Below, in pieces: positions 27,137 to 35,637 of a stretch of 64,000 bases of DNA; positions within the stretch are counted from its first letter, which is position 1; each line of letters opens with the position of its first letter. The stretch is taken from positions 1-64,000 of IMG/VR virus record IMGVR_UViG_3300036790_000060; one strand, given 5' to 3'. This stretch comes from a virus. The position numbers were made by a program, and so were the translations under genes. The notes under the pieces are model-generated. The model saw nothing but the letters and a program-made list of their open reading frames with translations, was not told the origin of the DNA and did no database searches.

Positions 27137-27476
27137 AGTCAAGATTTGTTCCCTCGCCGCCGAGGCTTCCATCATCCGTCGCGAAGAGCGCCGGTGGAAA
27201 CCGCGCTGGCGGTCCCACCAGGACCAGATGTTTTTCCGGCTGAAAGGACATCGCACCTGCGACGTCCGATCGGAGCAGCGGTCGGCCCTGCTGGCTTACG
27301 GCTTCCTTCGCGGGACGCCGTATCTGGTGATCGAGTCGAAGTGCTATGAAGAGCCGAACTGGGGGCGGGTCGCGAAGATCGTCCGGAAGTTCGGACCGCT
27401 GATATCTGAGACCGACGCCATGAAGGCGGTGTCGGAATGGTCCAAAGTGCCGCTGCCGGTCGCGCTGGCGGCTTAA
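27120..27476 (+). CDS. Basic protein of unknown function downstream of the leader
   Basis: AGGAG RBS 27109-27113, 6 nt from ATG 27120; LKVKICSLAAEASIIRREE...HR..DVRSEQR...LAYGFLRG.PY..IE. Confidence 0.8.
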   Translation: MHVFLKVKICSLAAEASIIRREERRWKPRWRSHQDQMFFRLKGHRTCDVRSEQRSALLAYGFLRGTPYLVIESKCYEEPNWGRVAKIVRKFGPLISETDAMKAVSEWSKVPLPVALAA

Positions 27477-27499
27477 CCCTGATCGCCGGAGAGGCGTTG

Positions 27500-28423
27500 A
27501 TGACGAAGAACGCTGCCGGTGTGATGATCATGTCGAAAGGGAGGGCGCTGCTGCTGCAGCGCTCCTCGACGTCCAGCCATCCGGGCGAATGGTGCTTTCC
27601 CGGCGGCGGGATGGAAGACGGCGAAACGCCTGACGAAGCCGCGTTCCGCGAACTGTTCGAAGAGATCGGCGACCAGGACGTGGGCGAACTCAAGTTCTGG
27701 ATCAGGCGGATCAAGGACGACGTTGACTTCACGACGTTCATCGCCAAGTCGCCGACGTGCTTCGAACCGCGACTGAACGACGAACACACGGCGTTCGCCT
27801 GGATCGATCCGGTGCACCCCGCCGTGAACATGCACCCCGGCGTCAAGATCGCGCTCGACAAGCTATCGATGGACGAGCTCGATATCGCCGACGCGATGGC
27901 GGACGAAGAGCTTTCCAGCCCGCAGGTGTACGGGAACCTCTGGATGTTCGCGATCCGGATCACCGGGACCGGCTTCGCCTACCGGGCAGGGCGGAAGGAA
28001 TACGCCTGGCGGGATACGTCGATCTATCTGACCGATCGGTTCCTGCGCCGTTGCAACGGCCTCCCGGTGACGATCGACCACCCGGACAAGTCTTCGCTCG
28101 ACACGAAGGAATACGAGGATAGGGCGGTCGGTTCCGTCTTCGTCCCCTACTTCAAGGGCGAAGAGGTCTGGGCGATCGTCAAGATACATAACGCTGCGGC
28201 CGCCGCGCTAATGCAAAGCGAGCAGCTTTCCACGTCTCCGGGCGTGGTCTTCCGAGACGCGACCAGCACGAACGCGACGTTCCAGCTAGGTGGTGGCAAG
28301 GCGCTACTGATCGAGGGCAAGCCCGCTCTCCTCGATCATATCGCAATTTGTGAGCAGGGCGTATGGGACAAAGGTGGAGAGCCCGCCGGAGTCGACATCA
28401 ACGGAGTAATCGATAATGGCTAA
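27500..28423 (+). CDS. NUDIX hydrolase fused to DUF2213 (putative prohead protease)
   Basis: Nudix box GGGMEDGETPDEAAFRELFEEIG; GLPVTIDHP, LSTSPGV and DHIAICEQG motifs; position before scaffold and capsid. Confidence 0.85.
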   Translation: MTKNAAGVMIMSKGRALLLQRSSTSSHPGEWCFPGGGMEDGETPDEAAFRELFEEIGDQDVGELKFWIRRIKDDVDFTTFIAKSPTCFEPRLNDEHTAFAWIDPVHPAVNMHPGVKIALDKLSMDELDIADAMADEELSSPQVYGNLWMFAIRITGTGFAYRAGRKEYAWRDTSIYLTDRFLRRCNGLPVTIDHPDKSSLDTKEYEDRAVGSVFVPYFKGEEVWAIVKIHNAAAAALMQSEQLSTSPGVVFRDATSTNATFQLGGGKALLIEGKPALLDHIAICEQGVWDKGGEPAGVDINGVIDNG

Positions 28424-29396
28424 GGAAGGTGAAGACGACGGCCTCCTGGACAAAATCCACGACGCAGTGAAGTCCCTGCACGGCCGGATGGATGCGTTCG
28501 AGAAAGAGCGCAAGGACGAAGACGACCGGAAGGACGCCGAGGAAAAGGTGCGTATGGACAAGGCGCGCCACGACTCCGCCCGGAAGGACAAGTTCGGCGC
28601 CCGGAAGGACGGCGAACGTCATGACGCTTGGAAGAAGCGCCACGACGAAGACGAGAAGGCCATGTGCGATGCCATGGGCGGCGACGATGCCGCGAAGGAC
28701 TCCGCCCGGAAGGATCGTCACGACGCTGAAGAGGAAGAGAAGCGCAACGACGAGGACTTCGAAAAGTGGGCCAAGGAAGAGGAAAAGGAGCCCGAGCACA
28801 AGAAGGACTCCGAGATGTCCTCCAAGCAGGCCGAGTCGCCTGAGATTAAGGACAGCGCTGAAACCGAAAAGGAAAAGGAAGAAGCTGTGAAGGACAAGGC
28901 GCGGCACGACGCGGTCGTTGCCGAGAACGCGGACCTGAAAGCCAGGTTCGAAAAGATGGAAAGCATCATCGCGAACCTGACCCGTGAAACTCCGGCGTCC
29001 GAACGTTCGGCTCTGGCGAACGCGCAGGCTCGCGCCGACAGCGTGGCGGTGATGTTCGCCGATCGCGCCCCGCCCCCGATCGGCGGCGAGACTTCGCTGG
29101 ACTACCGGAAGCGGATGCTCCGCCGGTTCCAGGCGCATTCCCCGCGCTTCAAGGAAACGCGGTTCGACAGCTACGACGAGGCATCGGTCAGCACGGTCGA
29201 GGACGTCATCTATCACGACGCGATCAACCGTGCGCGGGAACCCGGCGACACCCGTCCCGGTCAGCTGATGGCTTTCGAGGAGCGGGACCGCGCAGGCCGG
29301 ACGATCACCAAGTACTCCGGTGACATCCTGGGCTTCATGGCACCGTTCATGACGGGCGCCACGACCGGCACGATCAACCGCAAACCGAACGGCTAA
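28416..29396 (+). CDS. Capsid scaffolding protein
   Basis: Highly charged D/E/K/R coiled-coil; position. Confidence 0.75.
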   Translation: MAKEGEDDGLLDKIHDAVKSLHGRMDAFEKERKDEDDRKDAEEKVRMDKARHDSARKDKFGARKDGERHDAWKKRHDEDEKAMCDAMGGDDAAKDSARKDRHDAEEEEKRNDEDFEKWAKEEEKEPEHKKDSEMSSKQAESPEIKDSAETEKEKEEAVKDKARHDAVVAENADLKARFEKMESIIANLTRETPASERSALANAQARADSVAVMFADRAPPPIGGETSLDYRKRMLRRFQAHSPRFKETRFDSYDEASVSTVEDVIYHDAINRAREPGDTRPGQLMAFEERDRAGRTITKYSGDILGFMAPFMTGATTGTINRKPNG

Positions 29397-29429
29397 TCCG
29401 TTCCCGAACCTCTGAAAGGCGATTGAATT

Positions 29430-30071
29430 ATGTCGATCACGATCAACCCGTTCTCCACCAATCAGCCCCAGGACAGCTTCCTGCTTCAGACGCAGGGCCT
29501 GATCCAGGGGATGATGTATGACGATCCGACCGCGCGCCTGGAACTCGCGGGCGGCGTCCTGAACAGCGGCGAGACCGTCCCGATGTGGGGCGGCCGGGCC
29601 ATCTCCGAATTCGTCAACTACGCAGGATCGAACTCGGACGGCCTCGGTCCCCAGATTTATTCGGGCACCGCTGCGGGCAATAGCCAAAGCGCGACCGCGC
29701 AGACCATCACCGGCTTCAGCGTGTACAACCAGGCGAACAGCATGGTGATCACGCCGGGCCAGACGGCGCCGCAGGCAGGCGTCGGGAACTACGTCGCATT
29801 CGTGCGGAATGGTTCCAACGCGCGCATCGCGGTCAAGATCGCCCCGGCGCTGGTAACCGCGTTGATCGCCACGCCGGGTCCGATCGCCCAGCCGCTTTAC
29901 TGGGACACGACCAATTACCAGATCACGACGTCTGGTGGCACCACCCCGATCCAGCTGGCGGTGACGACTCGGCTGCTGTCCATCAATACGAACAGCAAAC
30001 TGGTCAGCTACAACAGCGGTACCGGCGCGGTCACCTGGACGACCGGCACGCTCTGCATGATCCAGATCTGA
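29430..30071 (+). CDS. Capsid decoration/cement protein
   Basis: Position between scaffold and major capsid; beta-rich composition. Confidence 0.65.
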   Translation: MSITINPFSTNQPQDSFLLQTQGLIQGMMYDDPTARLELAGGVLNSGETVPMWGGRAISEFVNYAGSNSDGLGPQIYSGTAAGNSQSATAQTITGFSVYNQANSMVITPGQTAPQAGVGNYVAFVRNGSNARIAVKIAPALVTALIATPGPIAQPLYWDTTNYQITTSGGTTPIQLAVTTRLLSINTNSKLVSYNSGTGAVTWTTGTLCMIQI

Positions 30072-30131
30072 ACCAACCCCGCAACACGTTCTAAGGCGGG
30101 GCGAGCCCCCGGCAAAAGGAGCTTCATTTAG

Positions 30132-31157
30132 ATGGGTAACATCTTCCCGGTGGCCGTAAAAGCGTCACCGTCCTACACCGAGCCTGAACTGATCCTCACT
30201 TACGCTCAGGCATCCGGTGCGTTCGCGGCTTTGGCGGGCGGCAAGCCGCGCGTCAAGATCGGTTCCGAAGACATGGTGGTTTACATCAACCGCCTGGACC
30301 TCCGGACCGAAGCGACGGCGGGCCAGTCCCCGTTCAACCTGTTGCCTTCCGCTTCGCTGGAAGCCAACTACTACCAGACGCCGACGTATCTCATCCGCGT
30401 CCGGGCGATCTGGGACCACCACGATATGGCCCGTGCGTCGGGCTGGAACGTGGCGCTTCCGGCGGCGCAGGACCTGGCGATGCGTCAGGGTATCTTCCAG
30501 CAGATGCGGACTGCGCTGCTGTACGGTTTCAACCCCGCGAACGGCGAAGGCTTGCTGAATACCTCCGGCGCGACGGCGGTCTCCCTTCCGCCTGATACGT
30601 TCGGCAACTCGACCGCTTCCACCTACGACAATGGCCAGATGGCCATGTTCTTCCTCAACCAGATGGTTGCGCTGAAGAGCCGGATGTGGCAGTCGGGCGG
30701 GAATATCAAGAACAAGATCGTGGTCATCTCGCCGCAGTCGATCTTCTTGCAGTTCGCCTACGCCAACATCGTGCAGGTCACTTCCTACCAGCGCCCCGGC
30801 GCCGGCACCGAGACGACCGGCCGGGTGATCAAGGACGTGGCGATGGAGTCCGGCGACACGTTCGACTGGTATTTCGATGATACCCTCATCGGCCAAGGTT
30901 CGGGCGGAACGAACGCCGTCCTGCTGACGATGCCCGAGATCGAACAGCCTTCGATGCCGGGGATCGACACTAACGAGTTCGCCGGTCTGATGCCCAACAT
31001 CAAGGCGGCGAACCTGATGTATGCGGATATGGCGGCGCCGATGAAAATCCCGACTCCGACTCCGGACGGGGCGATCACCGAGCTGCAGGAACTCCGCATC
31101 ACCTCCGGCTGGTGCATCCGGCCGCAGGCGATTTCCATCATCGCGATGCCGAGCTGA
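30132..31157 (+). CDS. Major capsid protein
   Basis: 341 aa; AAGGAG RBS; LLYG....GEGLLN and R.TSG..IRPQAI motifs; position. Confidence 0.85.
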   Translation: MGNIFPVAVKASPSYTEPELILTYAQASGAFAALAGGKPRVKIGSEDMVVYINRLDLRTEATAGQSPFNLLPSASLEANYYQTPTYLIRVRAIWDHHDMARASGWNVALPAAQDLAMRQGIFQQMRTALLYGFNPANGEGLLNTSGATAVSLPPDTFGNSTASTYDNGQMAMFFLNQMVALKSRMWQSGGNIKNKIVVISPQSIFLQFAYANIVQVTSYQRPGAGTETTGRVIKDVAMESGDTFDWYFDDTLIGQGSGGTNAVLLTMPEIEQPSMPGIDTNEFAGLMPNIKAANLMYADMAAPMKIPTPTPDGAITELQELRITSGWCIRPQAISIIAMPS

Positions 31158-31169
31158 AGGAGGATCGCC

Positions 31170-31559
31170 GTGACGCACGTTTACAACCAAGACTCGACGC
31201 TCAGCACGGCGAACTCTAACCAGACCGTGACTAACTTCACGGTCACTGGTTCGGGCACCGTCACCGTGATCAAGGGCTCCGCCGGTTTCCTCGCCAACAT
31301 CACTGTTGCCGGGGCTACGAACGGTTCCTATTTCACGATTTACGACAACGCATCGGCGGCGTCCGGCGCCGTCGTTCCGCCGAATTCCAACCTCGGCGAC
31401 GCGACGACCTACCAGGGACCGACGATGGAGCAGACCGGCCTCGCCTTGCAAGCGGCGGCCGGGCAGGGCGCGACGCAGTACAACTACGGCGTGTCGACTA
31501 CCAATGGCATCACCATGCTGTCCTACGGAACGATCACCGGAGTGGCAGTCTTCCAGTAA
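31170..31559 (+). CDS. Small beta-rich virion protein; paralogue of 36602-36907
   Basis: AAGGAGG RBS; VIKGSAGFL...TIYDNAS. Confidence 0.7.
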   Translation: MTHVYNQDSTLSTANSNQTVTNFTVTGSGTVTVIKGSAGFLANITVAGATNGSYFTIYDNASAASGAVVPPNSNLGDATTYQGPTMEQTGLALQAAAGQGATQYNYGVSTTNGITMLSYGTITGVAVFQ

Positions 31560-31569
31560 AGGATTGATC

Positions 31570-32094
31570 ATGACTGTTCTATACCTATCCAACCCGTCGA
31601 AGCAGAACCACACTTTCTATTACCGCACCGGTGGCGGGGCTCTGCTCGCGAACGTTGAGATACCGTCCGGCCAGCAGGTTGCCCTGAACAGGGACAGCCG
31701 TTGGTCGGGTAAGGACCTGGAGGACGTGCTGCGGCATATCCGCCTGTACGGTGGGCACGAGGCGTCGGACACTCACCGGCCGATGCCGAAGTTCACCGGT
31801 CTGCTTTATCGCGTCGATGACGAAGTGACCGAGGATGAGATCGTCGCAGGTCACGAAGCGACCGTGGCGAACCAGGAGCAGCGGTCGGCGACCGAAGCGA
31901 CGCGCGCCGCGCTGGCGTTCGATCGCGGGGCGAACAAGCTCACCGGTCGCGGCAAGCAGCAGCGCGTGGCCAAGGTGACCCAGGTCGAAGTCATCCAGGA
32001 GCTGGAGAAACACCAGCGCCCGACCGGCAACGAAGTTCACTTCGATGTGTCGATCGATCCCGAAGGGCGTGGCGACGCCGGGCTGCCGGTCTAA
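31570..32094 (+). CDS. Head-module hypothetical protein
   Basis: AAGGA RBS; MTVLYLSNPSKQNHTFYYR. Confidence 0.7.
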   Translation: MTVLYLSNPSKQNHTFYYRTGGGALLANVEIPSGQQVALNRDSRWSGKDLEDVLRHIRLYGGHEASDTHRPMPKFTGLLYRVDDEVTEDEIVAGHEATVANQEQRSATEATRAALAFDRGANKLTGRGKQQRVAKVTQVEVIQELEKHQRPTGNEVHFDVSIDPEGRGDAGLPV

Positions 32095-32291
32095 CTTGGC
32101 TCGTATCATCGTGCCGCTGCGCCGGATAAGCGTAGCGGCCGGTGCCACCGGTAAGCAGACGTTCTTGCTGCCGGTCGTCATCGAAGTGACAGACGGGCGC
32201 GTGACGAAGTCATATCTTCAGGACCCAGACTCCGATCGCCACATTCACGAAGGCGTTTCCGGCGTTCTGGTCATGGTAATGAGGCGAGCTG

Positions 32292-32597
32292 ATGAGCGAG
32301 ATAAATTCCCCCACTGGCCAGAACCGGAACCTAACCTGGGACTCGGTTAAGACCTACGTGACCGTGATCGGGACGACGCTCCTGTTCTGGTGCGTCGCTA
32401 TTTTCATCATAACGCATACGACGCTGACACGGAGCCCGACGCAGCAGGAAATCGACGCCGTGACGCAGGCCGCGCTTAGGGCGATTACCGCGCTGCACGA
32501 CCAGGTCTCGCAGGACCAGGCAATCATATCCAAGCTCCAGGACCGGCTGTCCAATTGCGATCGATACACGCAGCCTCTCAAGGAAAAGACGAAGTGA
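32292..32597 (+). CDS. Single-pass membrane protein with coiled coil
   Basis: One TM segment followed by a heptad-rich C-terminus; GAGG RBS. Confidence 0.6.
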   Translation: MSEINSPTGQNRNLTWDSVKTYVTVIGTTLLFWCVAIFIITHTTLTRSPTQQEIDAVTQAALRAITALHDQVSQDQAIISKLQDRLSNCDRYTQPLKEKTK

Positions 32598-34531
32598 AGA
32601 ACTTTTTCGTCATCGCGCCCTTCGCCGCCACGTTCCTGTTCGGGACGGCGGCGGTCGCACAGACACCTGCGCGCGTGGCGAACGTGATCGGGCGTGTGGG
32701 CATGAACACCCACATCCCCGAGAACAACTACGGATACCAGACCTATTCGCAGGTCGAGTCGAACCTGGAGTATCTCGGCCTCCCGATCATGCGCGACAGC
32801 GCCGAAGCGACCATCGACGTGACGAACATCTCGACGGTGGCGAACGCGGCTGGCGTTAAGGTCGATGACTACATCGGCGAGAACTCCCCCGCCGGGATGG
32901 CGGTCGATCTGTCGCTGATGCCGAACTTCGCGCCGGGTCTTCTGATGGCGATCGAAGGCGGTGACGAAGAAGACGACGGATATCCGGTCGGCCTCGGCAA
33001 TAGCCTGTCGATCACCGCCGCGTTCCAGCAGCGCAGCGTGTGGCCGATGGGACGGCAGCTAGGACTGCCGGTCATCGGCATGTCGTTCGGCTCTGGGTAC
33101 ACGTCTGATAACGCCTACATCGGCGATTACGGGATGGTCGGCGACCTTTCCGTCTGGACCAATCACTCGACCGCGCACGCGTATCCGCAGTTGGGCCAGA
33201 CTCCCGCGTTCTCGATGGGCGACGTCAACGGCCTGGCCCACATGTCCGGCCTGTCCGTCCCCGTCGCCATGACCGAACTCGGGTGGGAAGACACCGTATT
33301 CACGCAGGCCGCTATCGCGCAAAATGCGGTGGCCGCCGTCCTGGACGCACAGCTGTTTGGTAACAGCTATCTCATGTTCTACGCGCTGTATGATGACGGT
33401 TCGGGAAACTGGGGCTTCTTCTCCGCTGCCGGCGCCACCCGTCCGGCGGCCGTCGCGATCCACAACCTGACGACGATCCTCGCCGATACCGGCGCCACCG
33501 CGAAGTCGTTCACGCAGTCCGCGCTCGGCTACACCCTGGTCGGCCAGCAGACCGGCGACTCGGTCGTCGTGATGGAGAATTCGACCGGCGGCTATTATGT
33601 GGCGATCTGGAACGAGAACGAAGCGGTGACCCACACCGTCAAGGTGCTGTTCAGCGGAACCGTTCCGACCGTCTCGATCTATGATCCAACCGTACAGGCG
33701 ACGCCTACCAGCACGGCGTCCAGTGCTACGTCGGCCACGCTGACCGTCCAGACCTACCCCACGTTCGTCGGAACGTCCGCCGGGGCGAACCTACCGGCGC
33801 TGCTGCCAACCGCTCTGGGAGTCCTCCTGACGCCGCCTACGGCGATCGGGACCGCGACATCGACCGCGAACCCGCTAGGCGCCATACCCCTGTCAGACGC
33901 GGCGGAGCAGGGTGTTACGGGCAACCTGACGATACACCTGACCGCGACCGGGACGTTTACGGTCTCCAGCGCCCAGGGAACCGTCACCGGATCGGGCACG
34001 GCGTCCCTTACGGATACCGTGACCTGGGCGCAGATCGCCCACGATCTCAGTTCGATCGTCTACACGTCGCCAGCTTCCGGCACCGCCGATCAGGTCGTGA
34101 TGACGATCACCGACCAGGCTTCGAACGTCACCGTCTTCACGGTCCCGGTGACGATCCCGCAGCCCTACAACTACCCAGTGCTGGTGGTTCCCACAACGCT
34201 GGCCGCCGTGACGAACGTTCAGATGGCGCTGACGCCGATTAACATCACCGACTATCAGGCGCTGATCGTGCCGACTGCACAGGTCATCAACGTCCGGGAC
34301 TACTACGGCCTGCTCCAGGTTCCGGTATCGCAGTGCGGCGGCACCGTCGTGTCCGGCAACAATACGGCGACGCTCAGCCTCAGCGGAACGACGAACCAGC
34401 TTAATCAGTGCATTCAGTATCTGACGTATCAGGCCGCGAACAACACGACGTCCGACATCGTGGTCGTGAAATACATCAGTCAATTCGGTCAGACGGCAAC
34501 CGCGTCGGCCGCTGTCACGGTGAGTAACTAA
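32594..34531 (+). CDS. Signal-peptide protein with putative clan GH-A glycoside hydrolase barrel and Ig-like tail
   Basis: GTG start MKNFFVIAPFAATFLFGTAAVA-Q; GMNTH, IEGGDE (acid/base-like), HAYP, MTELGW (nucleophile-like) and FYALYD...WGFF motifs. Confidence 0.65.
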   Translation: MKNFFVIAPFAATFLFGTAAVAQTPARVANVIGRVGMNTHIPENNYGYQTYSQVESNLEYLGLPIMRDSAEATIDVTNISTVANAAGVKVDDYIGENSPAGMAVDLSLMPNFAPGLLMAIEGGDEEDDGYPVGLGNSLSITAAFQQRSVWPMGRQLGLPVIGMSFGSGYTSDNAYIGDYGMVGDLSVWTNHSTAHAYPQLGQTPAFSMGDVNGLAHMSGLSVPVAMTELGWEDTVFTQAAIAQNAVAAVLDAQLFGNSYLMFYALYDDGSGNWGFFSAAGATRPAAVAIHNLTTILADTGATAKSFTQSALGYTLVGQQTGDSVVVMENSTGGYYVAIWNENEAVTHTVKVLFSGTVPTVSIYDPTVQATPTSTASSATSATLTVQTYPTFVGTSAGANLPALLPTALGVLLTPPTAIGTATSTANPLGAIPLSDAAEQGVTGNLTIHLTATGTFTVSSAQGTVTGSGTASLTDTVTWAQIAHDLSSIVYTSPASGTADQVVMTITDQASNVTVFTVPVTIPQPYNYPVLVVPTTLAAVTNVQMALTPINITDYQALIVPTAQVINVRDYYGLLQVPVSQCGGTVVSGNNTATLSLSGTTNQLNQCIQYLTYQAANNTTSDIVVVKYISQFGQTATASAAVTVSN

Positions 34532-34532
34532 C

Positions 34533-35000
34533 ATGTCGTGGTCGAACCCCGCATCGCCGAACCTCGCTGACTACATGCTGTTCCTCCAGAACAACGTGGG
34601 GATACCGGAGAGCTACCTTCCGTACACCCCCGTCCCGTCGCCGTTTATCGAATACGCCTTCTACCGGGCGATGAACCTCGTCATCCGGGTGTCGACGTTC
34701 GGCAGCGGTTTCGATTACACGCTGGCGGTGTATAACTGCGCGGCGCATATCCAGCTGGTCATCACGCCGGACCAGACCGAGCGGACGTTCTTCCGGAAGA
34801 AGCGGGACGAATATGACCTGCTGAAACCAGTCGTCGGCCTGGTCGCGTCGTCGAGCGACGAAGGGACATCGGTGACGAACGCGGTCCCCGACGCGCTCCG
34901 CCAGCTAACGATCAGCGACCTCGGCTTCATGCGGACGGTCTGGGGACGCGAGTATCTCGCCTACAACCAGGACTACGGCTGCCCGTGGGGGCTATCATGA
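34533..35000 (+). CDS. Head-tail adaptor (DUF4054-like)
   Basis: AVYNCAAH, GLVASSSDEGTSV and TVWGREYL motifs. Confidence 0.8.
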   Translation: MSWSNPASPNLADYMLFLQNNVGIPESYLPYTPVPSPFIEYAFYRAMNLVIRVSTFGSGFDYTLAVYNCAAHIQLVITPDQTERTFFRKKRDEYDLLKPVVGLVASSSDEGTSVTNAVPDALRQLTISDLGFMRTVWGREYLAYNQDYGCPWGLS

Positions 35001-35509
35001 AGATCACGTTCGGCGTCATCGACATCCCGTACTCGGCCGACGCATCGCCAGCGAAGACGGCGAAGCAGGTCCAGTCGGAGAAGCGGAATGCGATGCGCGC
35101 CGCGCTCGGCGTCCCGGAAGTCAATAACACGACGGCCGAGGTCGGTCAGATGCTTGAAGACAAGTATCACATCATGGAGCACTTCTGGCAGGCGAAGGGC
35201 AACGCGATCGTCGGCGAGATGGAACCGGCGCTGCAGGTCGCGTTCGAAGACATCCTGTCGGGCGGGACGCCGCAGTCACTTGATACCGTGTTCCTCCAGG
35301 TGACCGGCAACGTCTTCACGATGTTCCAGAACTTCATCGACCTGAAGGAAATGGATAGCCTGGGTTACACCGGCATCCCGACGATGGCCGCGAAGAAGGG
35401 CGTGAACCACCGGTTGAAACACCCCTACGCGAAGGATAACCCCGAGCGTCCGTCGTTCAAGGACACCGGCGTGTTCATGGCAGCATTTCGAATGGAGGTT
35501 AGCGAATGA
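34997..35509 (+). CDS. Neck/tail completion protein
   Basis: C-terminal RPSFKDTG motif; position. Confidence 0.7.
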   Translation: MKITFGVIDIPYSADASPAKTAKQVQSEKRNAMRAALGVPEVNNTTAEVGQMLEDKYHIMEHFWQAKGNAIVGEMEPALQVAFEDILSGGTPQSLDTVFLQVTGNVFTMFQNFIDLKEMDSLGYTGIPTMAAKKGVNHRLKHPYAKDNPERPSFKDTGVFMAAFRMEVSE

Positions 35510-35637
35510 CCGACGACGAACGCACGCTCCTGATGGCCGTTGCCAAAGTGGCCATGCAGAGCCTGGATACACCGCGCAACGATCGCGTCCGCATCCAGGA
35601 ACTGATGCATAAGTTGACTGACAAGAAGGACTAGGCC

